The notes beneath the pieces were generated by a model. The model was not told the DNA's origin, ran no database searches, and saw only the letters and a list, made by a program, of their open reading frames with translations. From an uncultured virus (IMG/VR IMGVR_UViG_3300025141_012107) (lineage: Duplodnaviria; Heunggongvirae; Uroviricota; Caudoviricetes), in IMG/VR virus record IMGVR_UViG_3300025141_012107: a DNA stretch of 55,682 bases, one strand, 5' to 3'. The position numbers and the translations under genes are program-made. Shown one piece after another: positions 5,766 through 14,447 of this stretch (position 1 is its first letter; each line of letters begins with the position of its first letter).

Positions 5766-7586
5766 TTAGGTAATTGTGAGAAGCCTTATGGCTTTGTTAT
5801 CTACTGCGTAGATCCCTTCTTTTGCCAGGAACAGGTGGCTGCTCGAATCCACAAAAGGCTCCGTATCAGGGTAGTCCTTTGTTTCAGCGATCATACTACC
5901 ATGTAATTCGATGCGTTTCAACCCCTCATCTGTCGATGAGAAGAATAATTTTCCAGCCGCCGTTTTTCCCCTGATATTCTCCAGCCAAGCGACATGCTCG
6001 TTGCTATCGTCAATACTAGCTAAAACCTCGCCTTTTTCGCTGATTACGACGCAATGAGAGACGACGTTTGCCCCCTCTTTTGACTTATATAGGAACCAGC
6101 AAATTTCATCTGCAAAATAGCAAGTTGAGTCCAAAAGCTGACCCCGAAACGGCGGCAGCTTGACTCTATCGTTGATTCCCTTGCTTGAAGTCCTGAAAGT
6201 GAAAGCTACCGACATTTCGCCAGCCCGATAGAATCCGAAACCGAACTTTTTCCCTGCCCAGAACAAAGTTTGACCAGACAATACGTCACCAATTCGTTCA
6301 ATTCCCTCAACTCCGGAAACAGTTACTCGCTTCGTTAAGAATCCGTTGTTCAACCAGAACAAGTCTTTGCCGTTTGAATCAAAGACAGGAAGAACACCTC
6401 TATAACTATCAACCGTCAATTGATCAACAACTTGTCCGTCTTCCAAACAAAGAGCTTTTCCGCTCTTCCCAAAGAGAGATTGCTTACCATGAATGCGATA
6501 CCGAACTTGAGGGTCAAGCTTGCTCCGATGAACAACCTTGTTCTCTTCTCTTCTATAAGCTCCATCTTCATGATACAAATACTTCAACTTACCGCTTTGA
6601 AGGGCAGCAAACAAAATTACTCCGCTCGTTTCAAACATACGATCCGCCTTTACCGAACCTTTAATGGTAACGGTCTGAACGATTCTACCAGAAGGAGGCT
6701 TCTGATATGAGTACGGAGACTGAAGAAGGATGGCAGGGAAAGCACCACGTTTGTCCTTGACAAAAACGTCATGAAAATGACTTCTCAACGAATCGGAGAG
6801 TTCATTCATCTTTCTGGCAGGCTTGGGATACTTAACGTCCGGATGAAAAACGCTAATACGATGCAAAGGTCTGTTGCCATGAGCAACCTTATGGGAACCT
6901 TTTTTGGGAATATATACTCCATCATACGGTCGAGTATACAGCAGACATTCAAACAACATAATGTTAAATGCATACCAGTCCGAATCCTCATTGTGAGGCT
7001 TGGTCAATTCAACTCGATCCGAATGACATACCAAAGGATCAACAAAGTTAGCAGTAAACATGGGACATAAATACTTACCATATTGCCAACTGTCTGCATC
7101 GATAAAGTAAGCATCGGTCCCAACAATAAGACAATTCATGTCGTTGTTGTCGCCAATCACAGCGACCTTATGTATACCGCTCAAGGTTTCATGTATATTT
7201 TGGAAGATCGATGCGACCTGTTCGTCGTCCGCACCAGAACTTCTGAAGCTTTTTTCCGAATACCTGAATAAAAGGTCTGCCCCTGGAATCAGCTTCATTA
7301 CATATCCGACAATCTGATTCTTGCTGTTTCTAACAAGACTCTCCGGAGAAACAACCTTGGCAGGAACCTGTTTGGGAAAGGCTGCAAGTTTTGTCTGATG
7401 AGCCTTAAGGCGAGCCGTTGCTGCTGACTGTTCGTGAGGTAAACCGGCATAGTCTTGGTGCTTAGGCCCTTTGAAAATTTTAACAGCCTTGCCGCCATAT
7501 TCGTAGACATCAGCCTCTCCGCCTTTTCCAATGGATTTAGACGGATCGAGTCTGACTTTTTTGTTATCAATATAAACGTCAGCCAT
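5766..7586 (-). CDS. Ser/Thr protein kinase (YegI/TerY-P type) with C-terminal beta-rich domain
   Basis: IGKGGEADVY, AVKIF, IGDNNDMN, FIDADS. Confidence 0.85.
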   Translation of the reverse strand: MADVYIDNKKVRLDPSKSIGKGGEADVYEYGGKAVKIFKGPKHQDYAGLPHEQSAATARLKAHQTKLAAFPKQVPAKVVSPESLVRNSKNQIVGYVMKLIPGADLLFRYSEKSFRSSGADDEQVASIFQNIHETLSGIHKVAVIGDNNDMNCLIVGTDAYFIDADSWQYGKYLCPMFTANFVDPLVCHSDRVELTKPHNEDSDWYAFNIMLFECLLYTRPYDGVYIPKKGSHKVAHGNRPLHRISVFHPDVKYPKPARKMNELSDSLRSHFHDVFVKDKRGAFPAILLQSPYSYQKPPSGRIVQTVTIKGSVKADRMFETSGVILFAALQSGKLKYLYHEDGAYRREENKVVHRSKLDPQVRYRIHGKQSLFGKSGKALCLEDGQVVDQLTVDSYRGVLPVFDSNGKDLFWLNNGFLTKRVTVSGVEGIERIGDVLSGQTLFWAGKKFGFGFYRAGEMSVAFTFRTSSKGINDRVKLPPFRGQLLDSTCYFADEICWFLYKSKEGANVVSHCVVISEKGEVLASIDDSNEHVAWLENIRGKTAAGKLFFSSTDEGLKRIELHGSMIAETKDYPDTEPFVDSSSHLFLAKEGIYAVDNKAIRLLTIT

Positions 7587-8364
7587 CGGTCTCCTCTTCC
7601 GGTTTGCGACGAATCACAACCAACCCTACGTCATCATGCATAAAACCAGGTTCGCCGTTGTAGTCTCTTGCGATCAGATGGAAACGACGACGAAGCATAT
7701 CTTGGTTGTTGAAATATTTGTCTTCTGTCCAAATTTGAGACAAACTTCCGAACTGTTTTTGTTGACCGGGGACATTTTTGTCAGGCTCAAAGTAACTCAA
7801 GCCGTCTGTACTAATGACCAAAGACTGTAAGGCATCCGTGGGAATACAGGCTCTTTGAACGAACTGGTATTTCCCGTCCTCTTCGGGAAAGATGTGAGAA
7901 TAAACCATATAAGGAGGCGCATTGCCGGGAAAAGGCCCGATTTCGGACATTTCTCCATTGACGCCAAAAAAACCATCTCCTATGGAAAATACATAAGAGT
8001 TTCCTGGCATAACAACTGCGACAATAGTTGTACACAGAAAATTCCCATCCAACAGATGAGTCTCATCTCCTCTCATGTTTTTGACGATTGCTTTTACTGC
8101 TTTCAGCGCATTAATACGGACATCGTCCATTGCACAATCAACATTAAAATTGTAAGACAAATATAATCCGACATCTTGGGCGACTATCCTAGAAATGATT
8201 TGAGCCCCAATTTCTGAATGATCGCTACTCCCGCATCCGTCGCAGACGACAGCGACAATCGTTGAACCGTCGTTGGTTACGCATACGGCGTCTTGATTAT
8301 TGCGGCCAGCATTGAGGTGATCTTTACCACAAACGGACGCCGAAGCGACTTGGAATTCATCCAT
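7579..8364 (-). CDS. PP2C-like protein phosphatase (YegK type)
   Basis: GKDH...NNQDA, VCDGCGS, IGDG, STDG, HDD; start revised to MDEFQ. Confidence 0.85.
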   Translation of the reverse strand: MDEFQVASASVCGKDHLNAGRNNQDAVCVTNDGSTIVAVVCDGCGSSDHSEIGAQIISRIVAQDVGLYLSYNFNVDCAMDDVRINALKAVKAIVKNMRGDETHLLDGNFLCTTIVAVVMPGNSYVFSIGDGFFGVNGEMSEIGPFPGNAPPYMVYSHIFPEEDGKYQFVQRACIPTDALQSLVISTDGLSYFEPDKNVPGQQKQFGSLSQIWTEDKYFNNQDMLRRRFHLIARDYNGEPGFMHDDVGLVVIRRKPEEETDG

Positions 8365-8420
8365 CGTTATCCTATCTATAAAGCCCTCGCATTGTACAAT
8401 ATTTGGATTGAAATTCAAGG

Positions 8421-8448
8421 GAAAAGAAAAGGCGGCATTTCTGCCGCC
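8421..8448 (-). terminator. Intrinsic terminator after the RNase P RNA
   Basis: GGCGGCA-GAAA-TGCCGCC followed by TTTTCTTTTC. Confidence 0.7.
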
Positions 8449-8454
8449 GATAAA

Positions 8455-8656
8455 GACGTTTGGCTCCGTAAGCAGGATTCTGTTCTATGTCGTCATTTCT
8501 CTATTGGCCCTCTACCCGCCATCATAGTCATGCTCACCAACTCCGGCTGCTTGAGGTTGCTATCTCTGTGGTCCAAGCGGCGTTAGCCTCCCACATTAGA
8601 GCACTATAGTCCTGACTTTCCTCTGCGAATTGCAGCGACGACTCGAACCAAACGTC
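8455..8656 (-). ncRNA. rnpB: Miniature RNase P RNA (catalytic domain, reduced S-domain)
   Basis: P1 GACGUUUGGUUC/GAGCCAAACGUC; P2 GUCGUC/GACGAC; CR-I GAGGAAAGUC; P4 AAG(U)CAGGA/UCCUGCUU; CR-IV AGAGAAAUGAC; CR-V AACAGAAUCCUGCUUA; L15-like GGGUA. Confidence 0.9.
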
Positions 8657-8978
8657 AAATACCCTTTAGAGCTTGCACAATTTTACCAACTTCTTTGCCC
8701 CATTCTGTCCGCTTATTGCCTATGGCCAATATAGTCTTGGAAAACTCGGAAGCTGGAGCGTCTTCTATCTTACCCAATTCTATTCTTCGAAGCAAGATCC
8801 TCATATCCTTGGACAATTCTTCGCCTCTCCTTTTCATTCCATCGAAATCATGGGACACAAAAATTACCAAAGAAGCATCGTCCGAAGAATCGTACAAGGA
8901 TTCAATCTCGTTCAAAATCCTATGTATTTCTAATTGGCTTTCTCTGATAGTTGATTCCACCACATTGATGGGTATCAT
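8655..8978 (-). CDS. Hypothetical protein
   Basis: ORF coupled to neighbours. Confidence 0.6.
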   Translation of the reverse strand: MIPINVVESTIRESQLEIHRILNEIESLYDSSDDASLVIFVSHDFDGMKRRGEELSKDMRILLRRIELGKIEDAPASEFSKTILAIGNKRTEWGKEVGKIVQALKGI

Positions 8979-9403
8979 TTTTTCAACCCTTTCTCAGCCA
9001 AATATTCATCAACTCTGTTTTTTACCCTTTGTGCTGGAGTGGAAGTTTCAACTACATACAGAGCTTCTGTCTTTAGTTCCTCGCCCCATTGCTGAACCAA
9101 ATCTGTGGCCCTGTCCCTGTAATCGTTGTCGGTGATGCTCTTGCCTACTGGAGACGAAAAGAATTCAATTGCTTTATTGATATCTGTTTCGCTCAAATGG
9201 TTCGCCGCTAAAACTACCAAGCGATTGAACAAAACATCTTCCCCATATTTGTCTTGAAGTTTCTTCCTATCTTCTTCACTAACCTCGGGAGCCGATCTCC
9301 AAAGATCGGCAAAAATACGATCTACCAATTCTCTGGTGATAACATTGCTTCCCATCAACTTCAACAACTGCATGGTTCGGCTAAGATATTGCGCTTCAGT
9401 CAT
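8975..9403 (-). CDS. DUF2059-like protein
   Basis: LSETDINKAIEFFSSPVGKSI signature. Confidence 0.6.
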   Translation of the reverse strand: MTEAQYLSRTMQLLKLMGSNVITRELVDRIFADLWRSAPEVSEEDRKKLQDKYGEDVLFNRLVVLAANHLSETDINKAIEFFSSPVGKSITDNDYRDRATDLVQQWGEELKTEALYVVETSTPAQRVKNRVDEYLAEKGLKK

Positions 9404-9792
9404 GGCTGAACAATGCCTCCCGTTTTCTGAGTCTCTTCCATAAGGTTGTCAAGAACCTTGAGGTCATGCTCTGTTGCGGTCGTAATCCCTCCGCCCTGCT
9501 GTTTTGTCTGTTCTTGAACTTCCGCTTCCGCCTGTTGCCAAGCTGCGTTGAACTTATCAAATGCTTCGTTGATATTCAGGGCATCAGCGATGACAAACTT
9601 GATACTAACAACACCTTGTCCGGTATCGACAGGTCCTATGCCTATAAAAATAGGCTCGTCCCCAGCTACAGGAACGTCCTCTCCGTCCGGAATATCTACT
9701 TCGAATTCGCCCTCCTTGGTCCACATTTCAATCCTGTGAAAACTGTCGGATTGAAATATGCTCCTACGACGAAAAGGAAGATTGAACTTCAT
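9400..9792 (-). CDS. Hypothetical protein
   Basis: ORF with ATGA overlap. Confidence 0.6.
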   Translation of the reverse strand: MKFNLPFRRRSIFQSDSFHRIEMWTKEGEFEVDIPDGEDVPVAGDEPIFIGIGPVDTGQGVVSIKFVIADALNINEAFDKFNAAWQQAEAEVQEQTKQQGGGITTATEHDLKVLDNLMEETQKTGGIVQP

Positions 9793-9851
9793 AAAACACC
9801 TTTCATTTGAGTTATTGACTTTGGATATTGTACTCTAATGGCAATCACAAA

Positions 9852-10045
9852 GGTGGGGCTGGACGGTACATCGCAGAAAAGAAGTAAAAAACGAGAATGA
9901 GTCTTGCGTCTTAATCGTTAACTATTGAGCCATTGAATCTTGAATTCTGACCTTCTAGATCACGATCAGGTACGTTGGTCATTCAAATGACCTAACATTT
10001 GTTTTCGCAGTTCACCTCTAGTCAACTTCTCCGCCCAACCCCATC
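9852..10045 (-). ncRNA. Candidate structured ncRNA with about 8 degenerate heptamer repeats
   Basis: Terminal stem GAUGGGGUUGGGCGG/CCGUCCAGCCCCACC; internal repeats AGGUCA GAAUUCA AGAUUCA AUGGCUCA AUAGUUA ACGAUUA AGACGCA AGACUCA. Confidence 0.6.
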
Positions 10046-10061
10046 AACAGATCAGTCGAGA

Positions 10062-10520
10062 TCAGTCGAGATCAGGAATATCGATTGTCGTATTGTGATT
10101 GAAAGTGTCGAGTTCCGACTGGATGGTATCAATCTGTGTTTCCAGTCTGGCAGCATTCTGGTCCGCTTCTTGCCTACGGACTTCGGCCTCATAGACCGGA
10201 GCATCGCCAGAACCGTAATAGCTAGACGCCGAAGTTCCATGATTCGTGTTGATCCCATTCCAGAAATCTACTTCAGTCTTTGATTCTGAAAGTCTGAAGA
10301 TTTTGCCTACAATGGGGGCGTTAGCCTGAGCCACAGCAACCTTAAGATCGATCAGATGATTTACGAGAGCCTCTCGCCTTTGGACAAGGGCTCGGATATC
10401 CTCTTCTCGCTCTTCTCCCTGAACGGCAGAGTTTGAACTTTGAACCTTGTCGTTGACCTTCGCAATCCATCCGGCAACTCTTTTCTTGTAAGACAGTGCT
10501 TTTGCTAGTGTTAGTTTCAC
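10062..10520 (-). CDS. DIP1984/DUF6847-like coiled-coil protein
   Basis: MKLTLAKAL...SNSAVQGE...LKVAVAQAN...IQSELDTFN.TTI pattern. Confidence 0.65.
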   Translation of the reverse strand: MKLTLAKALSYKKRVAGWIAKVNDKVQSSNSAVQGEEREEDIRALVQRREALVNHLIDLKVAVAQANAPIVGKIFRLSESKTEVDFWNGINTNHGTSASSYYGSGDAPVYEAEVRRQEADQNAARLETQIDTIQSELDTFNHNTTIDIPDLD

Positions 10521-10531
10521 CTTGCAATCTC

Positions 10532-11137
10532 CTAGTATTCTTCGCTTAACAGGACTCTCTTAACTTCAACGCCCGAATAGCCCATTATATCCAACTGGGC
10601 TTTCACTTTTTTGTTTCTTACCCAAACCCGTCCAGCTTTCATAAGATCGAGTTCAGGAACGACGCATTGAACGGTTCCAGGATTCTGGCGAGCCTTTCTC
10701 AACCATCGGCTTTTTGACCATGAAGGCTTTAATACCAATCTGCGCTCATAGTCAGATACATTATAGTCGTTATGCCCAGAGTTCAAAACAATATGCCAAT
10801 AATCATAGTCGCTAAACATAAGGGTCGGAATCTGATCTTCCTCAAACGAGAACATGATGTAATTAGGAAACTCTCCCTTTTTACAATATATGCTCTTGCC
10901 GTCCTTGCAGCCTATCCATCTTCTCCATTGATTCTGGTAACCAGTCATACCATGAGCATGCACGTTGTTGCCTACCGTCATGTATAGCGGAACAAAACCA
11001 GCGGCATCGCCCATCCATCGGTAAGCAGGTTCAAAATACTCATCAAATTCATCTTTATACGGACCATAAGAGGGGCGCAGAATGCGAGCCTCAACTCCAC
11101 GCATATCCGTACAATGATGGAAAATGAACTTCTTCAT
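10532..11137 (-). CDS. DUF3841-like protein
   Basis: AYRWM and FSDYDYWHIVLN motifs. Confidence 0.55.
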   Translation of the reverse strand: MKKFIFHHCTDMRGVEARILRPSYGPYKDEFDEYFEPAYRWMGDAAGFVPLYMTVGNNVHAHGMTGYQNQWRRWIGCKDGKSIYCKKGEFPNYIMFSFEEDQIPTLMFSDYDYWHIVLNSGHNDYNVSDYERRLVLKPSWSKSRWLRKARQNPGTVQCVVPELDLMKAGRVWVRNKKVKAQLDIMGYSGVEVKRVLLSEEY

Positions 11138-11153
11138 CCGTGAACTTTAGCAA

Positions 11154-11651
11154 CTACTTCGCTCGTTGAATCATCTGCTGCTGTTCTAAATACAACTCTG
11201 ATCTTTCCCTTGTCCAAGGCTCAGTTTTAACGGGCTTATCTCTGGCGTCTACCCTTGGTCTTGCCTCTGGTCTTGCCTCTGGTCTTGCTGTTTCTTCTTT
11301 TGGCGGCTCTGGCTTTTCAGGAAGAGGGGCAGGCTCTTCTGCAACAGGCTCTTCCGTCTCTTCAGGATTGTCCCATGGAACAGAAGAAATGTCAAAAGGT
11401 TTCGTTGCGACTTGGGGATACAGTCTGGGTAACACAAAATCCTTGAAGTCCCCCTGATTCTCCTTCATAGCTCCAACTGTAATACTTAAATTACGAACAA
11501 GCTCGTCTAGGGCTCCAACCGTACCTGCCAAAGCGTTGTTCTCAGCTTTAAGGTCAGAAATTTGAGCTTGTTGAGAAAAACTCCACGCTCCCCAAGCGAT
11601 GATGATTGCCCCAAGAGCGGTATTCACGATATAAGGCTTGAGACCAGACAT
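11154..11651 (-). CDS. Membrane-anchored Pro/Glu-rich protein
   Basis: N-terminal transmembrane helix, coiled coil, ARPE repeats. Confidence 0.6.
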   Translation of the reverse strand: MSGLKPYIVNTALGAIIIAWGAWSFSQQAQISDLKAENNALAGTVGALDELVRNLSITVGAMKENQGDFKDFVLPRLYPQVATKPFDISSVPWDNPEETEEPVAEEPAPLPEKPEPPKEETARPEARPEARPRVDARDKPVKTEPWTRERSELYLEQQQMIQRAK

Positions 11652-11685
11652 AAGTTGTTATTCTAACATTTGACCTGCATACCCT

Positions 11686-11940
11686 TTATGCCACCGATCT
11701 GCTGAAGATGCGATCTACCTTCTTCCTCTTCTTCATAATATTTCCTGTTCGCTTTTTGTACTCTAATTCGCAATACGAATCTAGCATCTTTTCTACTTCT
11801 GGTTCCAAGTTGATGTTGCCACAAGAGCGGCATGTGAATACTTCTGAATTGATCCGAATTTCTATGTCGCCAACTTGTTTTGCTATTGCATGTATTCCTC
11901 TAGACTGACTTGTCTCTCGGTCGCAATGAATACAGTGCAT
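11686..11940 (-). CDS. MqsA/YgiT-type zinc finger protein
   Basis: CxxC...CxxCG. Confidence 0.6.
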   Translation of the reverse strand: MHCIHCDRETSQSRGIHAIAKQVGDIEIRINSEVFTCRSCGNINLEPEVEKMLDSYCELEYKKRTGNIMKKRKKVDRIFSRSVA

Positions 11941-11957
11941 TCATATCCCCTTACCCA

Positions 11958-12608
11958 TTACCAATGAAGTTCTGGAATTTCTAATAGACGATCATGGACT
12001 TCACCTCTAGTGTCAGCCAAACAAACGAACCTCGTACCATCGATTTCCTCGTCCATCTTGACATGGAAATGACCAAAGATCCAAATGTCAGGCTTGTGAA
12101 TCTCGAACATGCTTTGTAGAGCATTTTCTGTCCTACTAGAAAACTCCCCCTTCCCTATGGGGGTAGCCAGTCTTAGAACTGTGGCCTTAGCTACAGTAGG
12201 GCATTCGTGAGAAACGACGATCTGAGGTTTTGTATCGGCGTACTGAACCATTACGTCTTCAAATAACTTCTGATAAGAAAGCTCTTCATCCTCCCACCAA
12301 TCTATACCAATTGTTCTATTGTCAACATCGATAGAATAACCGCCACCAACCCAGAAGGCGTCCATACCTGGATGATAACCGAAGTCACCCAAATGGCTTG
12401 GATGAATCTGACATAATTCTGGGTTGTCGTGGTTACCTCTGATGAAACGATGGTCTTCAGAGTTTTCAACTAAAAGTAGATCTCGTTCTCGGAATATACC
12501 CATATCTCCGACTTGCCACGATTGGTCCAAACCAACAACACCCGAAGTAATGACCATGTTGTTGATCATCCATCTTCGGGTAGGGAATTCTCCATGAACG
12601 TCTCCCAT
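11958..12608 (-). CDS. Calcineurin-like metallophosphoesterase
   Basis: GDVHG, VGDMG, RGNHD, SHECP, GHFH. Confidence 0.9.
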   Translation of the reverse strand: MGDVHGEFPTRRWMINNMVITSGVVGLDQSWQVGDMGIFRERDLLLVENSEDHRFIRGNHDNPELCQIHPSHLGDFGYHPGMDAFWVGGGYSIDVDNRTIGIDWWEDEELSYQKLFEDVMVQYADTKPQIVVSHECPTVAKATVLRLATPIGKGEFSSRTENALQSMFEIHKPDIWIFGHFHVKMDEEIDGTRFVCLADTRGEVHDRLLEIPELHW

Positions 12609-12630
12609 AAACCAGATAGTAATGCTCCAA

Positions 12631-12945
12631 TCATTGCTTGCTATTTACAAGCACTTCAATTTCAAACTCCAATGCAGTCGTAACCTTTACCAATGAGGCT
12701 AACGATCTACCGTCATATGTTTTGCTTTCCATCCTAGCAATAACAGCTTGAGATACCCCGGACAGTTTAGCTAGTTGCTGTTGTGTTAGTTCTGACTTAA
12801 CTCTTGCCCTATGTATCTTGGATGACAAATCGGAAACGATCTGTGCTATTTCCTTTTTCGCTATTTCAGCCGGTGACGACCCCCACTTACTTATGAAGTC
12901 ATCTCGACGCTGACGTACTATTTCGTTCTTGCCTTTGACGGCCAT
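12631..12945 (-). CDS. XRE-family HTH regulator
   Basis: LTQQQLAKLSGVSQAVIARMES. Confidence 0.85.
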   Translation of the reverse strand: MAVKGKNEIVRQRRDDFISKWGSSPAEIAKKEIAQIVSDLSSKIHRARVKSELTQQQLAKLSGVSQAVIARMESKTYDGRSLASLVKVTTALEFEIEVLVNSKQ

Positions 12946-12973
12946 AAACGCAATCCTTATTCAGGTTGAATCG

Positions 12974-13001
12974 ATTATACCATATGACGCAATAAAGTCA
13001 A
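12974..13001 (-). promoter_or_regulatory. Sigma70-like promoter
   Basis: TTGACT-N16-TATAAT upstream of the HTH gene. Confidence 0.6.
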
Positions 13002-13008
13002 TATGGGC

Positions 13009-13545
13009 TTAATCGCTTCGTTTACTGTACAGACCGACGCCAGATCGATGACTAAATGAATCCAAACAATCGTAGTTGTCTTCCAAGTATCCTCTTGCCT
13101 TTTTGTAACCGCCTATCCGGCCTCGGCGATCATGATCATGAAGCATAACCAATGCCTCTGGGTTCATGAATTGTTCGGCAAACAAAATCGCTTCGTAACG
13201 GAAGACTCCACTTCGATCTTTTGGCCCAAAGCCAGTACTCCCATCGACCAATACAAAATCATACTTATACAATCGGGTAAAATCAGCCCATCGATCAGTA
13301 TGAATTTCGACTTGGGGAAGAAAATGGTTAACCTGATCAATACAGGATTGAAAATTCTCTATGGATACATAGGACTCAGGCTCAACAGAACTCCATACGG
13401 CCCAGGTCGTAACTCCGCACCCGAATTCTAAAACAGAATGCACCCGTTCCTTATATGGCTGAAGAATATTATACATCCAGTCCAACTCTTCGCCTGTAGG
13501 GGCTAAAGCAGACGGTTTAAAATCTTTGGGCAATGAAAAACTCAT
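13009..13545 (-). CDS. Class I SAM-dependent methyltransferase
   Basis: VLEFGCG, DFVLVDG, LHD. Confidence 0.75.
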   Translation of the reverse strand: MSFSLPKDFKPSALAPTGEELDWMYNILQPYKERVHSVLEFGCGVTTWAVWSSVEPESYVSIENFQSCIDQVNHFLPQVEIHTDRWADFTRLYKYDFVLVDGSTGFGPKDRSGVFRYEAILFAEQFMNPEALVMLHDHDRRGRIGGYKKARGYLEDNYDCLDSFSHRSGVGLYSKRSD

Positions 13546-14447
13546 AACTCCCTCACCATATTCAGAAGCATTTTAGACATACCTACAGGAGAGAAATACT
13601 TTTCGTAAACATCCATCGACGCCTCATGATAAGGGACAGGATCTATATCCCTTAGTTTCTCTAGATCCTCTGGCTTCGATAAAAGTACGTAGTGTTTTCC
13701 TGCCTCAAAGGGAAAGTCATAAGTAGGCTGATAATTCAAAGCCATTGGCATCCCGCATGAAGAGTATTCACATTCTCTTCTGTTTTTGCCGTCATGATTT
13801 CTTTGACGACCTTTGAGAGAAAGACCCCATTTGGTTCTTTTAAGCTTATGTATATACTCCTCCATCGGGAACCTAGCCAAATAGTTTTCGAACGAAAAGA
13901 ATCCTTTGTGCTTTACACAATAGTCTACCCACGGCTGTCTGCCAAATCTGTTGTTCTTTCCCGTAAGTATCGTGACATACTTATGACGACCGTTCTTCCA
14001 CTGAAATGGTTCTAGGGGAAAAAGGGCATTTGGCATAACCGTCCAAGACTTAACGGGTATCCCCAATGTGTCTGAAATAGTACTCCACGTTTTATTCTTA
14101 TACCATTGGATCTTGATTAGAAGGTCTACCCCAGATAAAGGCCCGTCTTCTTTCATCTTTTTCTTGTCCAAAGGACGTATTTGACCTTTCTTGTGAAAGT
14201 ATCCCAACGCATAGAACCTGGTAGTCGGATGGAACGTGTCCCAAGTGTCGATGCCTATTGTTTTACCTTCGACCTCTATCAGGTTCCAATTCTGCTGACG
14301 GGCTCCAGGTTTTTGAGAATAGACCTCTGGCAAGTCTTTGTCCTGAACATCAAACAAACCACTATCACCCAGCAATCGGATAATTGTCCGATTCCAACCA
14401 GCTAGAGATTTGTGTTCTTTCTGAACGTAAAGGGGGATCTTGCTCAT
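13542..14447 (-). CDS. Probable glycosyltransferase (GT-B-like C-terminus)
   Basis: EEYIHKLKRTKWGLSL.G...RECEYSSCG.P...GKHYV pattern. Confidence 0.5.
   Translation of the reverse strand: MSKIPLYVQKEHKSLAGWNRTIIRLLGDSGLFDVQDKDLPEVYSQKPGARQQNWNLIEVEGKTIGIDTWDTFHPTTRFYALGYFHKKGQIRPLDKKKMKEDGPLSGVDLLIKIQWYKNKTWSTISDTLGIPVKSWTVMPNALFPLEPFQWKNGRHKYVTILTGKNNRFGRQPWVDYCVKHKGFFSFENYLARFPMEEYIHKLKRTKWGLSLKGRQRNHDGKNRRECEYSSCGMPMALNYQPTYDFPFEAGKHYVLLSKPEDLEKLRDIDPVPYHEASMDVYEKYFSPVGMSKMLLNMVREL

Noticed and set aside
10051..10075. 10-bp tandem duplication (ATCAGTCGAG) at the DIP1984-like stop codon
   Set aside because: Looks like a simple slippage duplication with no evident function.
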